This document shows, one piece after another, positions 55,688 through 63,236 of a stretch of 64,000 bases of DNA. The DNA is from Candidatus Latescibacterota bacterium (lineage in GTDB: Bacteria; Latescibacterota; UBA2968). The stretch is from the NCBI GenBank assembly GCA_965207885.1, contig OZ242311.1, positions 2,731,235 to 2,795,234 of the forward strand. The letters are read 5' to 3'. Both the position numbers and the translations under genes were made by a program. Within the stretch, counting starts at the first letter, position 1. The number at the start of each line of letters is the position of its first letter. The notes beneath the pieces were generated by a model. The model was not told the origin of the DNA and did not search any database. It was given only the letters and a program-made list of their open reading frames with translations.

Positions 55688-57148
55688 CTATCTATTGAAG
55701 GGCTTCCGCCTCATCGAAGAATAGACGCCTTCCAGAGTCCCGGCCTTTTTATGCCATACCAGTGCCTGCTCATTGGCGTCTTTGACATACTTGAGTGCCT
55801 CGGTAATAGGCTCTCCCATAGGATCGAAATACCCGGTCTGGGACTTACCCGTAGCGTCATGCGTTCCGGTCCAGGTTTCGATATACCCACATGTCTGCCA
55901 GCCCAGCATAAAGGGCAGGTTCATGATTCCCTTTAAATATACGGCGTACTGTTTGCCTTTATCCTCGATTGTGGGGACTTCCACCCCCTTCACCCTATCC
56001 ATTTGGGGGCGCAGGAATCCATAGGCGTGGTCGCCGTTGATGATGGGCTTTCCCGTCTTTTCATAAATTCTCCGCAGTTTTTGTTCGTGAGCCGGCGTAT
56101 AGAAATCGTAATCCTGGATCAGCACCACATCTACGTAATTTTTCACAATATCCCACACCCAATCGGGTTGGGGCCTCGCATTTTGTATTTTATCGCCAAA
56201 AATCAAATGATTGGGGTCGTGTTTCCTGATGGCATCGTGGTGAGCCTTGAGATAAGCGTCAACGATTTTTGCATTCATAAGTGCCTGATCGGTAAATCCC
56301 CTTTTGGGATCCCTGGGCATCCCATACTCGCTTATTTCGAAAAAATCCTCCCACGTATTGACATTTAATCCGTACATTTTCCCAGCCTCAGCAGCGGAAG
56401 AATACTGACCCTGTAACACTCCAATCCAAACTCTCTTCCCTGGTGTCTTGCCAGGGCGAGACAAGATGTCCATGATCCAGGGATGGTGCTCAAAGCTTCT
56501 AATCGGCTTTCCCAAATTGTAAATTGTGTAAGCGGGTAGATCCTCGTAACTGTATCCTAACAAGTACTTTGAGTCCCTGTGCTTTGAAGTGTAGGCTTTG
56601 ACAAAATGGTCGAGTTTTTGTTTCCATGCAGGATCAAACACGTCGGGGAAGCGTTTGTCGGCTGACCACTGTTTGACCCGTTTGGGGTGAACATGGCTCA
56701 TTCGCAGTTTGCCAAAATAATACAACTTCAATTCGTTGCAATAATCTGTGGGCATTACGTGCGGATGATGAAAGGATAGGGTATTGAAACCGTAATCTTT
56801 ATGATCCTTAGCTATAATCTCCAGCCAGGTCCTGGCTCCTTCGGACTTAAAATCGACTCTTTTCCCCTTCATAATCCCGCCGCCGATTTTTTCGATCCAG
56901 TGTTCTTTGTTGTAACTGGCAAATCTGTGCAGGGGTCCCACGTGATTCATTCCAAGAGGAATAAAGGGTTCGCCATCACCGTTAACCATGGTCCAGATTT
57001 CGCCTACCTCTTCCAGGTGGACAAAATCTTTGTTCCCAATGATTCTAACTGCGTCTTCCTTGTCGATCTGAGCAAACGAATGACTAAATACGGCTGTACA
57101 AAACAAGACGAGCGTTGTTGCTCTGAATAGAGCTTGTGAAAGCATCAT
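55688..57148 (-). CDS. secreted protein, probable TIM-barrel glycoside hydrolase (family not recognised)
   Basis: Signal peptide MMLSQALFRATTLVLFCTAVFSHSFAQ. The size and alternating strand/helix-like pattern suggest a TIM barrel. I can name no catalytic motif with confidence. Confidence 0.55.
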   Translation of the reverse strand: MMLSQALFRATTLVLFCTAVFSHSFAQIDKEDAVRIIGNKDFVHLEEVGEIWTMVNGDGEPFIPLGMNHVGPLHRFASYNKEHWIEKIGGGIMKGKRVDFKSEGARTWLEIIAKDHKDYGFNTLSFHHPHVMPTDYCNELKLYYFGKLRMSHVHPKRVKQWSADKRFPDVFDPAWKQKLDHFVKAYTSKHRDSKYLLGYSYEDLPAYTIYNLGKPIRSFEHHPWIMDILSRPGKTPGKRVWIGVLQGQYSSAAEAGKMYGLNVNTWEDFFEISEYGMPRDPKRGFTDQALMNAKIVDAYLKAHHDAIRKHDPNHLIFGDKIQNARPQPDWVWDIVKNYVDVVLIQDYDFYTPAHEQKLRRIYEKTGKPIINGDHAYGFLRPQMDRVKGVEVPTIEDKGKQYAVYLKGIMNLPFMLGWQTCGYIETWTGTHDATGKSQTGYFDPMGEPITEALKYVKDANEQALVWHKKAGTLEGVYSSMRRKPFNR

Positions 57149-57177
57149 AACGGTTTCCTCTTTCTCTTAAACCTGAA

Positions 57178-58215
57178 TTAGTCGAGTTTTCCCTGATAGC
57201 AGGCATCGTCCCACAGGGTCGCACGGAAGCGTGGCTCATTACCCTTTATCACCGCAACCGCATCTTTGCACGCATCGGTGAAACAACGTCGGTGGCAGAA
57301 ATCCGTGCCCCCTGCGATGTGGGGGGTTGCCAGCACGTTGGGATGCCGACGAAACCAGGCATCTGGTGGGGGAGGTTCCGGTGCGAACACGTCAATCGCC
57401 GCAGCAATCTCTCCAGCCTCAATGCGTTCCCACAGCGGATCTTGCTCAACCACTGCCATGCGCGTGACAAGGACAAACAGAGCACCCCGTGGCAAGGCGT
57501 TGATGACTTCTCTGCTGATAATCTGCTGGGTTGTTGGCGTCGGAGGTAGGCCGACGACAAAGATTTCGCTGGACGCAGCCAGTTCCACAAGTGACGGGGC
57601 ACGCTCGACACCGTGTGCTGCAAGTGTGGCATCTGCGACATAGGGGTCGTAGGTTCTCGTGGCGCACCTGAATGGGGCAATCAGTTCGGCGTAACGCTGA
57701 TTGATGCTGCCGAATCCGGCGAGTCCTACACGCCTACCTGTCAGGTCCCCATAGACAAAGCCTGGTTTTTTCCACATGTGAGATTTCCATTTGCCCTGGC
57801 GTGCGAGGTAGAGTGATTCGGGAATATCGCGGATGAGATTGAGTGTCATGGCGAGCGCAAACTCGGCAACCGATGGCGTCATGCTGCGCGACGTATCAAT
57901 AAGCGGGATGTCGCGGTCTGCCAACTCCTGCAGGTCAACCCAACCATCGAAGCGATTGTCAAACGTCCCGGCTAAGACCTTCATCCGCTCGGCAGATTGC
58001 CAGTCTTGAGGGGTGGTTGCAGGACGGTGCCAGGGACCTATCACAATGCCATCCGCAACGGGAACACGCTCGAGGAATCGCGTGAATGCTTCTTTGTCCT
58101 GTTGATCAATCTGGCGGATGATTTCGACTTCACCCTGCGTCTCAAGGAATGCACAACCTTCCTCGGTGCATTGCCGCTGTCGATGGGAATCCGTTTCGAA
58201 CACAAGAATGTGCAT
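57178..58215 (-). CDS. D-isomer-specific 2-hydroxyacid dehydrogenase family
   Basis: GRRVGLAGFGSINQRY and DVFAPEPPP...ATPHIAGGT motifs. It is a paralog of the gene at 38191. Confidence 0.8.
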   Translation of the reverse strand: MHILVFETDSHRQRQCTEEGCAFLETQGEVEIIRQIDQQDKEAFTRFLERVPVADGIVIGPWHRPATTPQDWQSAERMKVLAGTFDNRFDGWVDLQELADRDIPLIDTSRSMTPSVAEFALAMTLNLIRDIPESLYLARQGKWKSHMWKKPGFVYGDLTGRRVGLAGFGSINQRYAELIAPFRCATRTYDPYVADATLAAHGVERAPSLVELAASSEIFVVGLPPTPTTQQIISREVINALPRGALFVLVTRMAVVEQDPLWERIEAGEIAAAIDVFAPEPPPPDAWFRRHPNVLATPHIAGGTDFCHRRCFTDACKDAVAVIKGNEPRFRATLWDDACYQGKLD

Positions 58216-58294
58216 GGGCTTTCCTCCAAATACTTTTGCTACTATCAGTTTTGTGGAAAATGAGCAACGGTCTCGCCGCTTTCATCAAGAAATT

Positions 58295-58450
58295 CTAATC
58301 TGGCCGTGCCTTCTGGTTCAACAGAAAGTCTGATTCGGATCTTTGAATCTTCATTACAGTCGTGCGCTGTACTTCGAGGAGTTCTCCTACCGTTTGATAC
58401 AGACAATCTATATGCTGCCACACACGATCCAATGTTTCACTCGATGTCAT
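58295..58450 (-). CDS. possible small ORF (51 aa, MTSSETLDRVWQHIDCLYQTVGELLEVQR...)
   Basis: AAGGAG lies 9 nt upstream of the ATG at 58450. It is below the ORF-track cutoff and I recognise no homology. Confidence 0.3.
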   Translation of the reverse strand: MTSSETLDRVWQHIDCLYQTVGELLEVQRTTVMKIQRSESDFLLNQKARPD

Positions 58451-58543
58451 GGAATGCTCTCCTTTCAAATTGTTTCACAAGATAGTCGGCAGATAAGGCA
58501 CACAAGTCCTTCTTCACTCATTTCAGACTCTTCAGATCTCTCC

Positions 58544-59098
58544 CTACGAGGCTATGGCAAGGCGTTTCGATCTGATTCCTGCCTTGATCGCTTCGTAGGC
58601 CAGGGGTGAGAGAAAGGGCTTTCCTCGCTCAACTTTGGCCTCGAATGTGTCAAGTTCCTCAACCGTGAAATGGGATCTCGGCATGAATTCCAGATAATTG
58701 GCAACCTCCATTTCGATGAGGTCGCGAAGATCCGCTTGCGTGATGGGTGTGTGCTCTTCGTGAACACGGTTCCACACAGTTGCCCCCTCCTTTCCTATCC
58801 CTTCGAAAAACCCACTGCGGATCGAAACGCTGAAGAGAAAAGCCAATCGCTCGGCCTTCTCGCCAATCACTTCGCGGATGCGTTGCCGATCTTCAAGGGA
58901 CGCTGACTCTGTCTTGTAGGATTGCGTGCCGTAGATGCTATGAAACAAACCTCCAAGACACACGGCCTGGTCGTTGCCCCAGGCCTGGAGAAAGTCGTGT
59001 GTTCCCCGAAGATGGTCTAATAGATCCCCGCCGCTGTGAGGGTTTTCGTCAGTGTTCAGGTCGAGTAAAAGTTCCAGGTGATTCTGTTCGATCATCAT
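58544..59098 (-). CDS. hypothetical protein, HD-like helical fold (DUF-type)
   Basis: GGAGG Shine-Dalgarno site. The H..GG.L..HL..T...L....(C)LGGLFHSIYGT pattern resembles HD-related DUF proteins. Confidence 0.55.
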   Translation of the reverse strand: MMIEQNHLELLLDLNTDENPHSGGDLLDHLRGTHDFLQAWGNDQAVCLGGLFHSIYGTQSYKTESASLEDRQRIREVIGEKAERLAFLFSVSIRSGFFEGIGKEGATVWNRVHEEHTPITQADLRDLIEMEVANYLEFMPRSHFTVEELDTFEAKVERGKPFLSPLAYEAIKAGIRSKRLAIAS

Positions 59099-59110
59099 GG
59101 CCTCCTTCGC

Positions 59111-59129
59111 AATCTACATATCGATCTCA
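59111..59129. repeat. 19-nt exact direct repeat, copy 1 (AATCTACATATCGATCTCA)
   Basis: An identical 19-mer recurs at 61315-61333. Confidence 0.8.
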
Positions 59130-59144
59130 GCTTGCGTATTTAAT

Positions 59145-59186
59145 ATAAAAAATAAAGGAGACTACGAGTTCTTCCGTAGCCTCCAC
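59145..59186 (-). terminator. rho-independent terminator after the EF-hand/hydrolase gene
   Basis: Minus strand: GGAGGCTACG-n8-CGTAGTCTCC (one G-U pair) followed by TTTATTTTTTAT. Confidence 0.55.
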
Positions 59187-59207
59187 TGATGATCTTGCCA
59201 ATGCGTT

Positions 59208-60350
59208 TCACTTTTTTAAATAGAACTTTTGATCCATTGAAACGGGCTTTGTTTTCAAGAGGGGGACGGCAAAGCTGTGAATATCCTCTATCATAGCTAC
59301 AACAAATGCTTCATCCACTCGTCTGCCCCAGTAGAAGCCGTGGTCTTTTCCCGGATAAATTTTCACTTCGATCGTCTTTCCACCATCCCTAATCGCAGGA
59401 ATAATATAATCCATATTGAAGTGTTTTAAAGGATGGACATCTCCGTGAAGGACGAGTAGGGGAGTTTGAAAACGGCTTACTTTGTCTTGAACTTTGGCAA
59501 TAATATCTGGTGTTCAAAACTTCGCAGGGTCGTTGATTGGCTCATATCGAACCGCCTGGTCGGCTGCGGGTTTTGTCAACATCTCAGCAAAAATAATCGA
59601 AGCAGGTTCTCCAGCAACTGCCGCGCTTACAGAGGTTCGACTGATCAGTTCCAGCGTCATACTGCCACCTCCACTGCCCCCCATTACGACAATACTTTCG
59701 GAATCCACCTGATCGAGCTTTCGCACAGCTTCTACAATGGCCAGAAAATCCAGAATTGGCCCTTCAGCCTGTGGATTGTCGGTATAATCCCGACGCGTAG
59801 CCTGAACTGTAACATAGCCCAGTGCTAAAAATCGGGTTTGAATGGGGCCTCCTGTCAGATTTTCCTGTCGTCTTTCCTGGCTCTGGTATCCGAGACCACC
59901 GTGCATAAAGACAATTGCAGGAAATGGTCCATCGCCTGGTGGTACGCGATAAGATGCTTCCGCAATTGCTCCATCGCCAGAAGGTGTGCGTAGTTCGTGA
60001 ACGGGTGAAATAGATAATGGTATTGACACCGGTTTTACGCCCTCAGCCAATGGAGAATTTTCATTGTCACCAGTCATCATGCGCTGTTCTTCTTCAGTAT
60101 ATTCCCTTTCAGGAGGTGTTGGGTTCAAGCCAAACTCCTCTCGAGAAATAAAACCGTCTTTGTTCGAATCCCGTCTATCGAAATTCGCCGCATTACCACT
60201 AAACTCTTCTCTGGAAATCCGACCATCCTTATTTGTATCACGCTGCGCAAAGTTCCTCTCACGTCGTTGTTCCCTGCTTTCATTGGCATCCTGAGCCAGG
60301 ACAGGCACAATAAAAAGAAGCACTAACAAAACACTCCGTACGAGGGTCAT
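59208..60350 (-). pseudogene. secreted EF-hand + alpha/beta-hydrolase gene interrupted by one in-frame TGA (59514-59516)
   Basis: Signal peptide MTLVRSVLLVLLFIVPVLA. Two EF-hand loops (DTNKDGRISREEF, DSNKDGFISREEF). Nucleophile elbow VMGGSGGG. After the TGA, the same frame continues TPDIIAKVQDKVSRFQTPLLVLHGDVH...GKDHGFYW, which carries the catalytic His block. Confidence 0.7.
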
Positions 60351-60570
60351 TTTTTTCCTATGGCGTCCAATGTGCAATTCGAAAAATAAGAGACTTGTAG
60401 AATATATTACGGTGGCTCTTATATGTCAAAGCCTACCAATATACGCTCGAAGCAGGGTATGGTCGTGATAGATATATGATGTGGAATGCCTTCAATCGCT
60501 AATCAGACTGAAGTCAGGTCAAGAGCAAAGTGACCATCTTGACGGAGGCGCCAGGCGATGGTCATCTGGG

Positions 60571-60622
60571 CGAGGGTCTGGCCGCGGGCGTATATAGACG
60601 TGCAAACGCACCCTCGTTTTTT
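60571..60622 (+). terminator. orphan terminator-like hairpin on the plus strand
   Basis: CGAGGGT..32 nt..ACCCTCG followed by TTTTTT. There is no convincing plus-strand ORF upstream. Confidence 0.3.
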
Positions 60623-60634
60623 ATATTTCTTCGC

Positions 60635-60919
60635 TCACAGTCGATCTGCTTGGAGCGGCTCCAGTTCAATATTTAAGTCAAGCGCATGGCACACTTTCAA
60701 AAAGGTCGTCATATTACAATTGATCCCATTCTCCACCTTCGATAACTGCTGCTGAGTGATCGTCGCGCGTCTGGCAACTTCCTTTTGGGAAAGGCCCATC
60801 TGTTCGCGTAGGTGATAGATCTTCAGCGATAGCTCTGCCAGTTGCTTCTCCTCCTTGTAAATTCGCCGGAAACGCTCGTCTTTTAGCTTTTCCTTAAGAT
60901 GGTTCCTAAAACTCCTCAT
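60635..60919 (-). CDS. XRE-family HTH antitoxin (HigA-like)
   Basis: LREQMGLSQKEVARRATITQQQLSKVENG helix-turn-helix. It overlaps the upstream toxin remnant by 14 nt. Confidence 0.8.
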   Translation of the reverse strand: MRSFRNHLKEKLKDERFRRIYKEEKQLAELSLKIYHLREQMGLSQKEVARRATITQQQLSKVENGINCNMTTFLKVCHALDLNIELEPLQADRL

Positions 60920-61127
60920 TGAATTCCTCCTTTAATTTCTGTTCGTCATAGCGAGCCAGAAAATCAGTTCGATACTTTTTGGATAAATCAATTTCAGATT
61001 GAGGCACACGCCCTGTTCGCTTCACAAACCCATGGGTCAAGACAATAAAATCTCTGAAGCAAAAGAAATAGAGAATCCTTACTTGATCTCCAGATAGTCT
61101 CACTCTCAGTTCATGTATCCCATCTTC
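60906..61127 (-). pseudogene. 5'-truncated RelE/HigB (Gp49-type) toxin
   Basis: ..IHELRVRLSGDQVRILYFFCFRDFIVLTHGFVKRTGRVPQSEI matches the C-terminal two-thirds of this toxin family. A TGA bounds the frame 8 codons upstream of the GTG. About 40-55 N-terminal residues are missing. Confidence 0.6.
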
Positions 61128-61141
61128 TCATATAAAATAAT

Positions 61142-61157
61142 ACATCATAAATGATGT
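61142..61157. promoter_or_regulatory. perfect 7-2-7 palindrome ACATCAT-AA-ATGATGT upstream of the TA remnant (operator-like)
   Basis: The palindrome is read directly from the sequence. On the minus strand it lies next to the AT-rich stretch TATTATTTTATAT. Confidence 0.35.
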
Positions 61158-61314
61158 GAATTCAAGCCTAAAAATTGAGCAACACATTTTGTTTTTCCAG
61201 ATAGATGTCGTTTCCAGGACAATGCGTTGAACCCCCAATTCTTTAGCCTCTTGACCGAGATTTGCTGTGCATCCATTATTTTCAGTTTACCTCAGCCGGT
61301 AAAGTCCTTCCTGG

Positions 61315-61333
61315 AATCTACATATCGATCTCA
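61315..61333. repeat. 19-nt exact direct repeat, copy 2
   Basis: Identical to 59111-59129. Here, on the minus strand, it encodes the end of a decayed ORF (..VEIDM*). Confidence 0.8.
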
Positions 61334-61639
61334 ACGATGGACCACATGACCAGTTCATCTACGCTGATCTTTATTGCCTCCTCCGTGGCACCATATTCAA
61401 GTTTCTTCGGTTCTCTGCCGGGGGCGTGAAAGGTTATCTTGTACGGACCTGGACCACACAGCAAATCGTTCCTTGCCGTGAGTTCAATATTCTCTTGCGC
61501 TGATCACATCTGAACGTTCAAGAACCGGCCCTGACAAGCCAATAACGAATGCTAATACAACTGTCGAAAACGAAAAAGACTATCCACTGCTCTGCCCCTG
61601 CAGGATGTCTGCCGCCAAAAAGGAGCGTAGCGACTGAAG

Positions 61640-61674
61640 CACGGACACATGGTTAAGCGTCCGTGTTGTTTTTT
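61640..61674 (+). terminator. orphan rho-independent terminator on the plus strand
   Basis: CACGGAC-n12-GTCCGTG followed by TTGTTTTTT. Confidence 0.35.
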
Positions 61675-61962
61675 GTCATCTTATTTTTGGGTGGGAAATA
61701 AGTGTTGCAGAGAATCCTTGGCAGATAGCGTATCATCAAATGGTTCGATTTTATTATTCTCAACAATAACTGATGAACGATCTATTGGAGCAACGTCAAT
61801 TTCAACAACTAATATCTTTGGATCGTTGGTGTAAAAAACATTGTTCACAACAGTGTTATCCCTCCCTGTTGGAGCAGGGATATTTTTCTGATCAAGATAG
61901 TCCACCCTTACTGGATCGTCCGTTTTTTTATTTAAAATCTGAATATATCGAGTCAGGTGGAG

Positions 61963-62814
61963 TTACCCCGTTTTAGTGGATAGTGTAGAACTTTCAACCC
62001 CGTCACCTTTTGCCATCAGTTTTTCATAGGTGATGGGCGATTGGTACCTGATCGCAGAGTGTCTGCGGTGTGGGTTATACCACCCTTCAATATACTCGAA
62101 GATAGACAGTTTGGCCTGATTATGATTGGGGAAGCTATGCCGGTCTATCAACTCGCATTCAAGGGTAGCAAAGAAGCTTTCACACAAGGCATTGTCAAAG
62201 CAATCGCCAACCGATCCGACAGAGGGTTTGACCCCCATTCTTGCACAGCGTTGACCAAAGGCATAAGAGGTATATTGAGCGCCTTGATCTGAATGATGGA
62301 TGACCCCATCTGGTCGTCGGTTCCAAAGTGCCATATCCAAGGCATCTAAGACCAGTTGGGTCTTCAGATGCGAGGCCATTGCCCAACCAACTACGCGTCT
62401 GGAGAAGGCGTCGAGAACAACAGAGAGATACAAAAAGCCAGACCAGGTTTTTATGTAGGTAATATCAGCGACCCACAGCTTGTTGGGCTTATCAACCCTA
62501 AAGTCTCGCTTAACCAGATCAGGGGCTTTCTCGTCTGTGATAGACCGGTATGTAGTCAGGATACCTTTTCTTCGGCTCACACCACATATATTGGCTTGTC
62601 GCATCAGTCTTGCGACCCGTTTCTTGCTGATGTGGACACCTACTTCGCGCAGATCCTGAAAGATACGCGGTGCGCCATAGGTTCCATTAGAACGCTGATG
62701 AAAGGTGCTTATTTGTTCTGTTAACTTTTCATCGTCCTTTGCCCGTTTAGATAAAGGTCTATTACACCAGGCATAATACCCACTGGTGGAGACACCCAGC
62801 ACGCGGCATAGCAT
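61963..62814 (-). CDS. IS3 transposase OrfB (DDE/rve domain), made as an OrfAB fusion
   Basis: LWVADITYI (D), HHSDQGAQYTS (D) and CESFFATLECE (E) catalytic blocks. The frame stays open upstream to the slippery site (..IFRYIKAHQAIHPITMLCRVLGVS). Confidence 0.9.
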   Translation of the reverse strand: MLCRVLGVSTSGYYAWCNRPLSKRAKDDEKLTEQISTFHQRSNGTYGAPRIFQDLREVGVHISKKRVARLMRQANICGVSRRKGILTTYRSITDEKAPDLVKRDFRVDKPNKLWVADITYIKTWSGFLYLSVVLDAFSRRVVGWAMASHLKTQLVLDALDMALWNRRPDGVIHHSDQGAQYTSYAFGQRCARMGVKPSVGSVGDCFDNALCESFFATLECELIDRHSFPNHNQAKLSIFEYIEGWYNPHRRHSAIRYQSPITYEKLMAKGDGVESSTLSTKTG

Positions 62815-62843
62815 GGTGATCGGATGGATGGCCTGATGCGCCT

Positions 62844-63155
62844 TTATGTATCTGAAGATTTTGGGGGTATCGCATCGGTCTCCGCTGCGAACCAGGCCGC
62901 GGCTTTTGCAAGGATCTCACGCTCTTGACGCAAGCGTTTATTTTCTTTGCGAAGCCGCTGAAGTTCTTCTCGCTCACGACTGGTCAACCCATCGTCCCGA
63001 CGGCCTTCATCGCGGTCTGCTTGACGCACCCAGGCACTGATCGTCTGAGCGGTCGGCTCAAACTCTTTGGCCAAATCGCTGGCACTACGGCCTGATCTGA
63101 CCAGCGCGACCATTTGCTGGCGAAATGCTGATGGATATGATCTTTTTCTTCCCAT
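62844..63155 (-). CDS. IS3 transposase OrfA (HTH + leucine zipper)
   Basis: MGRKRSYPSAFRQQMVALVRSGRSASDLAKEFEPTAQTISAWV and ELQRLRKENKRLRQEREILAKAAAWF. Confidence 0.9.
   Translation of the reverse strand: MGRKRSYPSAFRQQMVALVRSGRSASDLAKEFEPTAQTISAWVRQADRDEGRRDDGLTSREREELQRLRKENKRLRQEREILAKAAAWFAAETDAIPPKSSDT
62859..62865 (-). promoter_or_regulatory. programmed -1 ribosomal frameshift heptamer C CCA AAA
   Basis: The X-XXY-YYZ motif sits in the orfA zero frame (ata ccC CCA AAA tct). The -1 frame continues directly into OrfB. Confidence 0.6.
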
Positions 63156-63236
63156 TGCGGACTCCTTTCTCTGAAAGAGATAAGTTGTCCACTAAAACGG
63201 GTCAAGTCCACTTGTCCCCTTTTTCAAACTGAGACA

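Larger units (their letters stand above)
61958..63210 (-). mobile_element. IS3-family insertion sequence, apparently intact (1253 bp)
   Basis: Terminal inverted repeats TGGAGTTACCCCGTTTTAGTGGA (61958-61980) and TCCACTAAAACGGGTCAAGTCCA (63188-63210) match at 20 of 23 positions and have TG...CA ends. orfA and orfB are present with a -1 frameshift site. The orfB stop lies inside the IR. Confidence 0.85.

Noticed and set aside
59514-59516. Selenocysteine or an alternative genetic code (TGA as sense) as the explanation for the in-frame TGA
   Set aside because: Other well-supported genes in the window end at TGA where homologs end (for example tnpB at 26568 and the hydrolase itself at 59208). I see no convincing SECIS-like hairpin within about 40 nt downstream. 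This hydrolase family is not known to use Sec.
61649-61834. 61-aa plus-strand ORF starting inside the terminator hairpin
   Set aside because: It has poor Shine-Dalgarno spacing and a Cys/Phe-rich odd composition. Its start codon lies in the loop of a hairpin.
61681-61957. The idea that the missing 3' half of the PIN gene continues on the other side of the IS3 element (74-aa ORF, frame open to the IS boundary)
   Set aside because: The translation (..YLDQKNIPAPTGRDNTVVNNVFYTNDPKILVVEIDV..) has no PIN C-terminal features. An 18-codon open stretch is expected by chance in about 40% of cases. There is no target duplication to join the halves.
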